In this document: positions 1-9,439 of the stretch, piece by piece | How positions within the stretch are numbered: position 1 is the stretch's first letter | Layout: each line of letters opens with the position of its first letter | NCBI GenBank assembly: GCA_963793305.1 | Contig: CAWBZV010000003.1 | Coordinates: 928,001-992,000 of the forward strand | Direction: 5' to 3' | Source: an uncultured Gemmatimonadales bacterium | GTDB taxonomy: Bacteria; Gemmatimonadota; Gemmatimonadetes; Gemmatimonadales; Gemmatimonadaceae | DNA: 64,000 bases | Position numbers and translations under genes: made by a program | Notes under the pieces: generated by a model | Seen by the model: only the letters and a program-made list of their open reading frames with translations | Told to the model about the DNA's origin: nothing | Databases searched by the model: none

Positions 1-2
1 GC

Positions 3-536
3 CTGGCCGTCTTTCTTCGCGGACAACTCGATCCCCGCGCCATCCCCGCCCAAGTTCGCCAGCAGATTCAGTCCGTCGACCCGGAACTGCCCGTTTTCGG
101 TGCAGAGACCATGGGTGACGTCGTCTCCGCCTCGCTCTCGGTCAGGCGATTCTCGATGGAAATGGTGGCCTTCTTTGCGGCCACGGCCTTACTGCTCGCC
201 GGACTTGGCATCTACGGAACCATCTCGTTTGTGGTGAACGAACAACGGCGTGAGTTCGCCATTCGCCTCGCGCTGGGGGTTCAACGACGCGATATCCTCG
301 CGATGGTCCTGCGCCGCGGACTCGGTCTGGCCGCCGCTGGCGCAGCGATCGGTTTGGTCGGTGCGCTCATCGTCTCGCACCTCATGGCCAGACTCCTCTA
401 CGGTGTGTCGCCTACCGATCTCCCCACCTTCGCTGGCGTCACCCTCGTCCTGACCGCGGTCGCGCTGGCCGCCAGTTATATCCCGGCGCTGCGCGCCATG
501 CGCGTCGATCCAATCGCGATACTCCACTCGGAATGA
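3..536 (+). CDS. ABC transporter permease (MacB/FtsX, ADOP type), 3' part only
   Basis: Open frame from the window edge. FtsX motif GIYGTISFVV..RRREFAIRLALG and C-terminal ASYIPALRAMRVDP. Near-identical to 25083-25618. Confidence 0.9.
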   Translation: MAVFLRGQLDPRAIPAQVRQQIQSVDPELPVFGAETMGDVVSASLSVRRFSMEMVAFFAATALLLAGLGIYGTISFVVNEQRREFAIRLALGVQRRDILAMVLRRGLGLAAAGAAIGLVGALIVSHLMARLLYGVSPTDLPTFAGVTLVLTAVALAASYIPALRAMRVDPIAILHSE

Positions 537-568
537 CTGCTTGACCTGATCGAGACCTTACAGGAGGA

Positions 569-1147
569 ATGATGCGAGTGTTCTCCGTTGCAGTGCTGAT
601 TGGGCTGACGGCGTCTCCCCTGTCGGCGCAGCAAGCGACATCTTCTGGTGCGCCAGTGGCCGACGCGGTCCGCACCATCATGCAGCGGCTATCGGTGAAT
701 CTGGTCGCGGCTGGTGACGACATGCCGGTCGCCAAACTGGGATACCGGCCCACGCCTGCGCAGCTCAGCTTCGGCGGCGTGTTGGTGCATTCGGCGGAGT
801 TCAACGAAACCGTCTGCTCATGGGTCTCCGGGACCAAGCCGCCCATGGAACCCAAACCCGGGCCCAACGACACCACCGAGGCGGGATGGGTGACCTACGG
901 ACCCAAGGCGTCAGCTCACCTCAAGCGCTCATTCGAGTATTGCGCCACCGTGCTCGCCAACCTGGACGATTCGAAGCTGGATGAACAGGTGCCCTGGTTC
1001 GGTGGGCCGACTGCAAAAGCCTCCCGGGCCCGCGCCCTGATTGTGCTCCCCATGGATTGGCAAGACCACTATGCCCAGCTTGCGATGTATCTCCGGATGA
1101 ACGGAATTCTTCCGCCGACCGCGAGGCCGAGACCGAAAACGGCATAG
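569..1147 (+). CDS. Exported DinB-like protein
   Basis: Signal peptide; MP..KLGYRPT..QLSFG..LVH and C-terminal DHYAQLAMYLRMNGILPP typical of DinB_2; AGGAGG RBS upstream. Confidence 0.8.
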   Translation: MMRVFSVAVLIGLTASPLSAQQATSSGAPVADAVRTIMQRLSVNLVAAGDDMPVAKLGYRPTPAQLSFGGVLVHSAEFNETVCSWVSGTKPPMEPKPGPNDTTEAGWVTYGPKASAHLKRSFEYCATVLANLDDSKLDEQVPWFGGPTAKASRARALIVLPMDWQDHYAQLAMYLRMNGILPPTARPRPKTA

Positions 1148-1220
1148 AGGAGAAGGAGTTGCTGTGTCTTGCTAGAGGGGCCCGATCGATCAGACCAGGC
1201 CCCTCTCAAAGGACAGTAAT

Positions 1221-1781
1221 TCATTGCGGCGCCGCGCGTGTGAGATCAACGGTGAAGTTGACTTCCCATGTCTTGCCACCGTCCACCGACCACGACTGCT
1301 CGAAGCGCGCCAACGTCGGCGAGACACTCAGCCACACATAGCGGACATAGATCGCTCGGCCCTTGTACGTGTCCTGATCATAGAACTCGCCGCGGTTGCC
1401 GTCGAACTGGCCGACCACATGCGGGGCGTCCAGCTCGCCCTTGTCGAGATCGAGCAGGTAGATCGACCACTGGTGCGTGTCGGGATTATAGAGGCGTAGC
1501 GTCTGCCCCTTGTTGCGTTTTTTGAGCTCGTCGGAGTACGAATCGAACTCCTCGAAGTTCGCGTTGGTATCGAGCAGCTTCTTGTGGTTCGAGATCCCGT
1601 CGTACGTCACCCACTTGTTCGACCCGTTGAGCCGATCCGGCAGCGCGCGCACGTGCGCCTTCCAGTTACCGATCAGAAAGTCGAAATCGTGGGAGCCGTC
1701 GCGTGGCGGCCCGGGCGCCGCGCTTTGCGCACTGAGCGCCACCGGTAGGGCGAGCAGCATCGCCTTGAGAACAGTTTGCAT
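1221..1781 (-). CDS. Exported beta-barrel protein (DUF1579-like, HDFDF motif)
   Basis: Signal peptide; DGSHDFDFLIGNW...EQSWSVDGGKTWEVNF; paralogous to 54434-54967. Confidence 0.7.
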   Translation of the reverse strand: MQTVLKAMLLALPVALSAQSAAPGPPRDGSHDFDFLIGNWKAHVRALPDRLNGSNKWVTYDGISNHKKLLDTNANFEEFDSYSDELKKRNKGQTLRLYNPDTHQWSIYLLDLDKGELDAPHVVGQFDGNRGEFYDQDTYKGRAIYVRYVWLSVSPTLARFEQSWSVDGGKTWEVNFTVDLTRAAPQ

Positions 1782-1802
1782 ACGTGCCAAAATGGTCGCC
1801 TG

Positions 1803-1848
1803 CTGGCTCTAGGCAAGAGCCAGATTCGTGCAGTATCATAGAGCCAGA
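1803..1848. promoter_or_regulatory. Putative MocR operator (one inverted + two direct repeats)
   Basis: CTGGCTCT (1803-1810) and AGAGCCAGA at 1816 and 1840 (24-bp period), between divergent genes. Confidence 0.65.
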
Positions 1849-1852
1849 GCTC

Positions 1853-3268
1853 ATGCCGAAATCCCTCGCGTCGATCGTCCTCTCGCCCTCGGGGCGTGCG
1901 TCCCTCCAATCTCAATTGGCCGCGAGGCTTCGCGTGCTGATTCAGCACGGCCACTTGGGCGCCGGCGAGTCGGTGCCACCCAGCCGGCAGCTGGCGGCCG
2001 ATCTCGGCGTCGCCCGGAATACGGTCACGCTCGCGTACGAGCGCTTGATCGACGAGGGATATCTCGAGAGCCGCCCGCGCTCCGGGCTCTTCGTCTGCGA
2101 GTCGCTCGGGTCAATGCCGGCGCCCAAGACGGCGCGTGACGGCGCGGCCCGCCGGTCGCAACTGGAACGCGTCGCACCCGCGCGTCCGTTCCGCGAATCC
2201 CGGCCGGATGTGCGCCTCTTTCCCCTCGCGCTCTGGAATCGCGTCCGAGCTCACGCGCTCAAGACGCACGGGAGCGCGCTCCTGCAGTATCAGTCCGAGC
2301 TGCCCCTGGGCCTCCCGGTCTTGCGGCGCGCCATCGCCTCATACGTGCGCGACCGTCGAGGCGTGAGCTGCGACTGGCGGCAAATCGCCATCACCAGCGG
2401 TTCACAGCATGCCCTCTACATGCTGGCACACCTCCTCCTTCGGCCGGGCGCAACGGCATTGATGGAGGATCCGGGCTATCGCGGTGCGCGGCGCGCGTTG
2501 ATGAGCGTCGGTGCCGCCATCCAACCAGTCGCAGTCGATGCGCAGGGTCTCGTTCCGCCGACCAACCTCGCAAAGAAGGCGGCGCTCATCTACACAACTC
2601 CGTCGCGCCAATATCCCACTGGGGCCTGTTTGCCGGTCACGCGGCGCACGGAGTTCATTCGCTGGGCCGCGCGATCAGCCGCGTGGATCATCGAGGACGA
2701 TTACGATTCCGAGTTCCGGTATCGCCTTCCTCCGGTGCCGAGTCTCCATAGCCTCGATCCGGGCGGTCGCGTGATCTACGTCGGGACCATGAGCAAAACA
2801 CTCTTCCCCTCGCTCCGTTTGGGCTATGTTGTCCTTCCGTGGAGCTTGCTCGGTCCATTCGGCGAGCTGCGGTCGACGATGGACGATCACGGGAATTTGA
2901 TGGACCAGGCGACGACAGCCGAATTCCTCGAGACCGGTGCCTACCATTCGCACATCCGGCGCTGTCGCCGGGAGTACGGCGCGCGTCTCGACACGTTTCT
3001 CACGGCCGTGAGCGAGACCGGCCTCCCGTTGGACTTCCCGCATGCCGACGGTGGCATCAACATCTCGGGCTTCCTGCCGGAATCCTCGGACGACACCGCA
3101 TGGGTCACGGCCCTGGCCGACGTGGACGTCGACACGCGCGCCCACTCGGCGCTCGCGCTCCGTCGAGTCAGGCCAGGGTTGATCTTCGGCTTCACCGCGT
3201 TCGACCACACCGAGATCCGCTCCGCCGTCCGCCTCATGGGCCGCGTCCGTCAAGGAGATATCCAATGA
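1853..3268 (+). CDS. MocR/GabR family PLP-dependent transcriptional regulator
   Basis: GntR wHTH (VPPSRQLAADLGVARNTV) fused to an aminotransferase-like domain (IIEDDYDSEFRY, GTMSKTLFPSLRLGY). Confidence 0.95.
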   Translation: MPKSLASIVLSPSGRASLQSQLAARLRVLIQHGHLGAGESVPPSRQLAADLGVARNTVTLAYERLIDEGYLESRPRSGLFVCESLGSMPAPKTARDGAARRSQLERVAPARPFRESRPDVRLFPLALWNRVRAHALKTHGSALLQYQSELPLGLPVLRRAIASYVRDRRGVSCDWRQIAITSGSQHALYMLAHLLLRPGATALMEDPGYRGARRALMSVGAAIQPVAVDAQGLVPPTNLAKKAALIYTTPSRQYPTGACLPVTRRTEFIRWAARSAAWIIEDDYDSEFRYRLPPVPSLHSLDPGGRVIYVGTMSKTLFPSLRLGYVVLPWSLLGPFGELRSTMDDHGNLMDQATTAEFLETGAYHSHIRRCRREYGARLDTFLTAVSETGLPLDFPHADGGINISGFLPESSDDTAWVTALADVDVDTRAHSALALRRVRPGLIFGFTAFDHTEIRSAVRLMGRVRQGDIQ

Positions 3269-3648
3269 AGCAGAACGTTCCGTTAACCATCGCCTCTCTC
3301 CTCTCGACCCTCTTGTTCACGCTTCACCTGACGGACGACATCGTCCGGGGCATGGAGCCAGGGACGCTTTCAAGCCTGATTGCGCTGCCCATTCTTGCCG
3401 TCCAGCTGTACGGAACGCTGGCGCTGGCCGGAAAGCGATCTGGGTACGTCATCATCCTCCTCGCGTCGCTCCTTGAATTGGTCGTCCCCGTCGTCCACAT
3501 GAAGGGGGCGGGAGTCGGCGGAGCGATCGCCAACTCCAACGGAGCCTTCTTCTTTATCTGGACGCTCCTCGCGCTCGGCGTGACCGCTCTCTTCTCCGTC
3601 ATCCTCTCGGCGCGCGGGCTGTGGGAGCATGTGCCACGGCGGTCGTGA
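3265..3648 (+). CDS. Small 4-TM membrane protein
   Basis: ATGA overlap with the MocR stop; MKQNVPLTIASLLSTLL..., four hydrophobic segments. Confidence 0.75.
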   Translation: MKQNVPLTIASLLSTLLFTLHLTDDIVRGMEPGTLSSLIALPILAVQLYGTLALAGKRSGYVIILLASLLELVVPVVHMKGAGVGGAIANSNGAFFFIWTLLALGVTALFSVILSARGLWEHVPRRS

Positions 3649-3726
3649 GCCATATGTCAGGATTCGGCCCCAAACTGTCAGACATGTGCCCTGGCGACCC
3701 GTCGAGATACGCAGAGTTTCTATAGT

Positions 3727-6099
3727 GTGCGCCCGAGCAAAGCGGACCTCTCGATTGCATCGATCGCCCACGGGATGGCGCCCGGTTGGCTCTTCCCCAC
3801 CGAGTGGCTCATCTGGCCGCCGGACACGTTCGCGCTGACCTCCACGATCCTGCGACAGACCGGCTGTTACCGGCATGTCGTCACGAGTGACCGGGGCCAC
3901 CGCGACGGATGGCAAGATCACGTCGAGTCCTGCGCGAAAACCTGGCTGAGTCGACTCAATGCGGTGCTCGCCGATCCCGCGGAGGCCGCGCACGATGCGC
4001 CCAACCGGGCGAGTCTCGCCCAGGTGCCCGGCATCCGGGCGCGCATCAAAGAACTGCGCCAACTGGCGCCAACCGTGCCGATCGAGGACCTCTGCACGCT
4101 CGAGAGTGAGAACGCTCGGCGGCTGGCCGAGATCCTGCTGGAAATTCACGCGGTTGCCGACACCGCGTGCGCCGGGTTCGGCCTGCCGTCATCGCCTCAA
4201 GAGAACGTGGCGCTCGTGCACTGTCTCGCCAATCTCTTGTTGACGGCCCGCGGGTCCCTCTCCCGCATCGCCAAACACTTTGGCGTCGTCCTGCCCAAGC
4301 TCCGCACCCCGCAAAGCGGTCTCACGCTGCGGTCGCTCGCGCACCATGTCACGCTGCACACATCCGAAGTCGAAGTCATGTGGCGGGCCGTGCCTTGGCC
4401 GAACGTCGAGGAGAATACCATCAACATCCTCATTGTGCCGTGGCCCCTGACACTCCACGAGGCGAGTTTTTGTGCGAAGCCGGAGACCTTCGAGTCCGTG
4501 CGGTACTTCGCCTACACGCCCGCGGAAGCACACGAGAGCGCGTGCATCGAGCGCACGTGTGAGCTCGTGAAGCGATTGCACGAACAGGTCGGCCGCGTCC
4601 ACATGGTGGCCTTTCCCGAATTGGCGTTTTCGGAGAATGGCTACATCGAGTTGCTGCACCGCTTGCAACACGCGCGCGACCCGCAGGGTCCCGACAGCCT
4701 GCGACAAGTGCCAATGATCCTCACCGGCATCGCGAACGGTCGTCAGGAGGCCGCCGACGGAACGACCACGCCATCGCAGAATGAGGTCCGACTGGCGACG
4801 TACTTTGCTGGACGCTGGTACGAGTGCGCACAACAGAAACACCATCGCTGGAAGATGGACCGCAACCAGGTGCGTCAGTATCAACTCGAAGGCCGACTGT
4901 CCACCGCTCGCGATTGGGTGGAACGGATCGATCTCGCGCAACGGCGCTTGACGTTCCTCGCGCCCACCGGTTGGCTGGCCCTCACGCCGTTGATCTGTGA
5001 AGACCTCGCCCAACTGGAACCCGTCTCCGATCTCATTCGCGGCGTCGGCCCGACGCTCCTCGTCGCGCTCTTGTTGGACGGTCCGCAGCTCAAGGAGCGA
5101 TGGTCCGCGCGATACGCCGGCGTGTTTGCCGACGATCCCGGCACCGCCGTGTTGACGGTCACCGCGCTCGGCATGGCCGAGCGATCACGAAAGCACGGCA
5201 CGGACGGTGGACACGGCAACCGAACGGCCGCGCTGTGGAAGGACCAGCTGACGGGGTGGCAAACCTTCGACATTCCCCCGGATGCCGGCGCATTACTGCT
5301 CACGATCTCGGCATCGTGGCGGGAGGAGTTCACGGCGGACGGACGGTCCGACTACAAGAACGCGTCGGTGTTTTCGTTCGAGGGGGTGAGATTTCAGCCG
5401 TTCTCGACGGAGGATCGCGCCGGCGCGTCGGCCGGTACGACGGAGCGTCCGATCCGTTCGCTGGACCCGGATCAACGACAACGCCTCCTGGCGAGTTGGG
5501 CCGACATCCGCGAGTTGACCGCCGCGACATTCGCGCTCGACGCACTGATTGAGCTCCGCGGACGCCACCGCAACCGGATTCGCGCGTGGCTCCTGGGGCG
5601 GTCGCAGCCACAGTGGGAGGCGTCGGCGCCGGAACCGATCAGAGAAATCGTGCGCCTGTTGCGCACCGCGCAGGTCGACCCGGCCAGAGCCGGCGTCAAA
5701 GCGCGCCAGGACGTGTGGCCTACGCCGGCGCTCGAGACCGGTGCGGATTACATCGCCCAATTATTCGATGAGATCGGAAGTCGCAAGCTGCCCGAGTCAT
5801 CGCATCAATACTGGCGCGTCCTGTTCAACGTCACGCTCCAGGCGCTCGAGAAGCAGCGGCAAGAAGGCGATGATCGCGGCGTCGACGACCACAAGGAATG
5901 GGAACGCCGGCGCGCGATCCGGGCGGTGCTCGTCATGACGCTCGTCGCGCTCCACTCCCGGGTCGACGCGGTACGCCGCCGGCCACTGGCGACGCATGCG
6001 CTGCGGGGGCGGCGTGGATCAGCGGATCAGTTCCTCACCCGGGACATCGCGCGGTTGCTGCGAGATCTCGAACGAGAGATCGAGAAGTACGCGTACTGA
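3727..6099 (+). CDS. Large protein with central carbon-nitrogen hydrolase (nitrilase-like) domain
   Basis: 790-aa ORF; VAFPELAF (Glu), QQKHHRW (Lys) and LICEDLA (Cys) in nitrilase order. Flanking regions not recognised; start uncertain. Confidence 0.75.
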   Translation: MRPSKADLSIASIAHGMAPGWLFPTEWLIWPPDTFALTSTILRQTGCYRHVVTSDRGHRDGWQDHVESCAKTWLSRLNAVLADPAEAAHDAPNRASLAQVPGIRARIKELRQLAPTVPIEDLCTLESENARRLAEILLEIHAVADTACAGFGLPSSPQENVALVHCLANLLLTARGSLSRIAKHFGVVLPKLRTPQSGLTLRSLAHHVTLHTSEVEVMWRAVPWPNVEENTINILIVPWPLTLHEASFCAKPETFESVRYFAYTPAEAHESACIERTCELVKRLHEQVGRVHMVAFPELAFSENGYIELLHRLQHARDPQGPDSLRQVPMILTGIANGRQEAADGTTTPSQNEVRLATYFAGRWYECAQQKHHRWKMDRNQVRQYQLEGRLSTARDWVERIDLAQRRLTFLAPTGWLALTPLICEDLAQLEPVSDLIRGVGPTLLVALLLDGPQLKERWSARYAGVFADDPGTAVLTVTALGMAERSRKHGTDGGHGNRTAALWKDQLTGWQTFDIPPDAGALLLTISASWREEFTADGRSDYKNASVFSFEGVRFQPFSTEDRAGASAGTTERPIRSLDPDQRQRLLASWADIRELTAATFALDALIELRGRHRNRIRAWLLGRSQPQWEASAPEPIREIVRLLRTAQVDPARAGVKARQDVWPTPALETGADYIAQLFDEIGSRKLPESSHQYWRVLFNVTLQALEKQRQEGDDRGVDDHKEWERRRAIRAVLVMTLVALHSRVDAVRRRPLATHALRGRRGSADQFLTRDIARLLRDLEREIEKYAY

Positions 6100-6105
6100 T
6101 GATGG

Positions 6106-6860
6106 CTAGCCTGGCGACGGCGTCGGACAGTCGGTCGCTCCCGCCCAGAAAAAATTGCCATCGTTGTCGCGATACCAGTGGGCGTTGCCATGCACGCTCT
6201 GACCGTTGCTGGTCCAACCGCCGAACGCCAGGTCGGTCCCTGAGTCGGCGGTCCGCACAATGGTCGCCGCGGTGGTCGGCGCGGCGCGACGGACGTTGAG
6301 CGCCGAGGAATGGTGTGCACGGCGCCCGGCTTCGCAACGAATGCGTAGCTGGCAATGGACTGCACCCCTTGTTGGGCGAGCATGATCACGTGATCGAGGT
6401 CGACGCCATCGCCTGGGCAAAATGGCTTGAGCGAGTAGATCTCGTGGTGACCAATGATGTGCTGACGATCGAGCGCGATGCCCCATCGATTGGCGGCGGC
6501 CGCCACGAGGCTGGCGCTCGCGGCATACATGTCGTCCGTCCATGCGACACCGCTCTGCCCTTCGTGCTCGATCCCGATCGTATACCAGTTCGGGTTCACG
6601 CCGGGTCGGAGCAACGGCCAGGTGGGTGCGTTGACCCGCCCCGCGTGCCAGGCGGTGTCGCCTTCGCCGACGTACTGATGGACACTGCCATCTTTGCCGA
6701 CGCCGTAGTGAGCGGACACCTGGGACTTGACCGCGTCAAACCACGAGTCGGTGTCTGCCAGGGTTCCCTGCATGATGTGGATGACGATGGCCAGGGGCTG
6801 ATATCCCTGTCGCCCTTTCGCAAAATTCGGACTCCCGATCCACTGGATGCTTCCCGGCAT
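6106..6860 (-). CDS. N-acetylmuramoyl-L-alanine amidase (Amidase_2) with C-terminal SH3b-like domain; frameshift near 6310
   Basis: IVIHIMQG, VSAHYGV, AWHAG, TIGIEHEG, IIGHHEI..CPG motifs; the C-terminal LNVR..PTTAATIV...GNAHWY continues in another frame. Confidence 0.85.
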
Positions 6861-6866
6861 CACAGG

Positions 6867-7682
6867 TTACCCCTGAGCGCCGGAGAGGGATCTCGAGCCG
6901 TTGACGACGCCGTCGTCGCCTCGCTCACCGCTATCGGGGCTTGCGTCTCCGGCGCCATTGTTCGCGGTCGCCGGTGGGACCACCGGTGTTGGCGTCACCG
7001 ATGTCGGTGCGACGGCGTGCTGCGGCGCGGCATCATTGCCCGGTTCCGCTTTGGTAAACAGTGTCTCGGCGACTTGTTGCAGCTTGAGCGTCGCGGGCGT
7101 GCTGAACATGCCCACCAGCACGGCGACGGCGGCGATGCCGAACGCGCTCGTGTCGCTCACCGCCGCCGACGGCGAAATCAGGCCGCCGCGGAGGACCACG
7201 TAGAACGCCAGGGCGAGGATGCTCCCGATCAGTGGCAACATGACGTAATACGGCAGCCAACTGCGCTTGAGGGCGCGATTCCCAATGTACCACCCCAATG
7301 AGCGCAGGCCATGCAGTAAACCGCCCAGCGCGCCGCAAATGACGACGATCGCGAGCAGCCGGTGTTCGGCCCACAGTACGAATGACGTCCCGAACAGCGT
7401 GACGCAGGTTGGATCCAGCGTGGAATCAGGCAAAACGCGCGGCGTGATTGTCGTATCGCACCGGAGCGGTGCCCCGCTGGTGAGCGACGCGGCCGCTCCG
7501 GGCGGTTTGTGCGGCCAAACGGCGACGCAGACGTAGAGCATGAGACCGCCGAGCACCGCAAGGACGATCGCGGATACCACCGTTCCGAGCGGGCCAACGG
7601 ATCGGTGAGCGGGATCGACTGGCGGCGCCGGGGGGACGGCCGGTGTCGGGGAGTTCGGAATTGAATTAGCAGGAGTCGTCAT
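6867..7682 (-). CDS. Multi-TM membrane protein of unknown function
   Basis: About 4 hydrophobic helices; GALGGLLHGLRSL..YIGNR..SW..YY..P motif; ends 6 bp before the amidase start. Confidence 0.75.
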   Translation of the reverse strand: MTTPANSIPNSPTPAVPPAPPVDPAHRSVGPLGTVVSAIVLAVLGGLMLYVCVAVWPHKPPGAAASLTSGAPLRCDTTITPRVLPDSTLDPTCVTLFGTSFVLWAEHRLLAIVVICGALGGLLHGLRSLGWYIGNRALKRSWLPYYVMLPLIGSILALAFYVVLRGGLISPSAAVSDTSAFGIAAVAVLVGMFSTPATLKLQQVAETLFTKAEPGNDAAPQHAVAPTSVTPTPVVPPATANNGAGDASPDSGERGDDGVVNGSRSLSGAQG

Positions 7683-7933
7683 GGTGGCCTTGGGTCGGAC
7701 TCAATAGCTATGGCGCTTCTTGGCGCCGGCAAGGTCACCTCTGTGACATCAACATGCACAATTCTGCCAGCGACACGGCAATCGTTCGCGACCGCCATCG
7801 CTATCGTACGTCATAGTCGTGTGGTCTCTGAATCGCACGCACGCCGTCGGCGCGATGCGTCGCCTGATTGGCTCGAGCCTTGACTTTGCGGCGACAGTGC
7901 TGAAATATCAGCATACTCGGCTCAAGGAGAAAT

Positions 7934-9376
7934 GTGCTCAAGAACCTGTTCGCAATTGCCACCGTGTTCAGCCTGTCTCTCGCGGCTCAAAAGCCTGCTG
8001 ACCCCGGCATCGCGCAGCTCCGCCACGACCTTCCGGATTGGATGCAGCAGGGTGACGTCCCCGGAGTATCCATCGCTGTCCTGCGCCACGGGAAGACGGC
8101 ATGGATTGGTAGTTACGGCATTGCCAATAAGGCCACTCAGCAGCCTGTCACAGATAGAACGCTCTTCAACGCCGCTTCCCTGAGCAAAACCGTCTTTGCG
8201 TACACCGTCCTTCGTCTCGTCGACCAGGGGAAGATCGGCCTCGATACCCCACTGACTCGATACGTTCGTGACCGTCCGAGCCATGACCCACGTCTCGACC
8301 AGATCACCGCGCGCATCGTTCTCAGTCACCGCACCGGCTTTCCCAATTGGCGCAACGATGCCAAGGACGAGTTGCAAATCTATTTTGATCCCGGTTCCCG
8401 CTTCAGCTATTCCGGTGAAGGCATGGTGTATCTGCAACACGCAGTCGAGGCCATTACCGGCCAGCCGCTCAATCAGATCATTACCGAGCAGGTCTTCCAG
8501 CCACTCGGCATGACCGAAAGCAGTTACACCGCGCGTCCCGATCTCGCTGCCAACTTCGCCACGGGCTACGCACCCGATGGCCACGGCGTCGCGCTCTTTC
8601 AGAACACTGCAGCGAACGCCGCTGCCAGCCTCAATACCACCGCGCATGACTATGCCCTTTTTCTCGAAGCCGTCCTCAGTGGTCGCGGCCTCGAGCCCGC
8701 GACGCTCCGCGAGATGGAGACGTCAGAAATTGCGGTGGATCCAACCTGCACGAACTGCCTCGATGCCGCGCCCAAAACGCTCTCCGGTGATCTCTTTTGG
8801 GGCCTTGGCTGGGGTATCGAAAAGAACGCATCAGGCACCTACCTCTGGCATTGGGGCGACAATGGCATTTTCAAGGCATACGTCGTTGCCGATATCCAGC
8901 GCCGTTCCGCCGTCGTCCTTTTCGACAACAGCAGCAGCGGTCTCTCCATTGCGAAAGCGGCCACGGAGACCGCGCTGGGCGGGGATCATCCTTCCTTCGC
9001 CTGGCTCAACTACGACACCTATGACTCTCCCAGCGCGCGCTTTGCGCAAGACCTCAAGGCTCACGGCGTGCAGCAGGCCCTGCAGGATTTTGCTGCCGAT
9101 ATCGCATCCGGCAAGGTCTCCGAACGCGCCGTTAATGATGCGGGCTACCAGTTGCTCGGTGAAAAGCAATACGCGCATGCCATCACGATTTTTCAGCGAA
9201 ACGTGGACGCCCACCCAGCGTCGTCCAATACGTACGACAGTCTTGGCGAAGCGTACATGGATGATGGCCAGACCGAACTGGCTATCAAAAACTACGAAAA
9301 AGTACTCGCGCTAAACCCGAACAGTCGCAATGCCAAAGCCATGCTCGACAAACTGCGCGCATCGGGAAAGCCTTGA
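7934..9376 (+). CDS. Serine hydrolase (class C beta-lactamase/PBP family) with C-terminal TPRs
   Basis: Signal peptide; AASLSK (SxxK), FSYSGEG, HWGDNG; TPR repeat NTYDSLGEAY. Confidence 0.92.
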   Translation: MLKNLFAIATVFSLSLAAQKPADPGIAQLRHDLPDWMQQGDVPGVSIAVLRHGKTAWIGSYGIANKATQQPVTDRTLFNAASLSKTVFAYTVLRLVDQGKIGLDTPLTRYVRDRPSHDPRLDQITARIVLSHRTGFPNWRNDAKDELQIYFDPGSRFSYSGEGMVYLQHAVEAITGQPLNQIITEQVFQPLGMTESSYTARPDLAANFATGYAPDGHGVALFQNTAANAAASLNTTAHDYALFLEAVLSGRGLEPATLREMETSEIAVDPTCTNCLDAAPKTLSGDLFWGLGWGIEKNASGTYLWHWGDNGIFKAYVVADIQRRSAVVLFDNSSSGLSIAKAATETALGGDHPSFAWLNYDTYDSPSARFAQDLKAHGVQQALQDFAADIASGKVSERAVNDAGYQLLGEKQYAHAITIFQRNVDAHPASSNTYDSLGEAYMDDGQTELAIKNYEKVLALNPNSRNAKAMLDKLRASGKP

Positions 9377-9439
9377 GGCTCGACCTGGGGATGGGTCGTC
9401 CCTGTGAGAACAAACGACCCCCTGTACCGTCGCCTCCAT

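Noticed and set aside
3727..6099. Calling this a DRT/retron system
   Set aside because: No reverse transcriptase motif (YxDD context) or ncRNA evidence in or next to the gene within the window.
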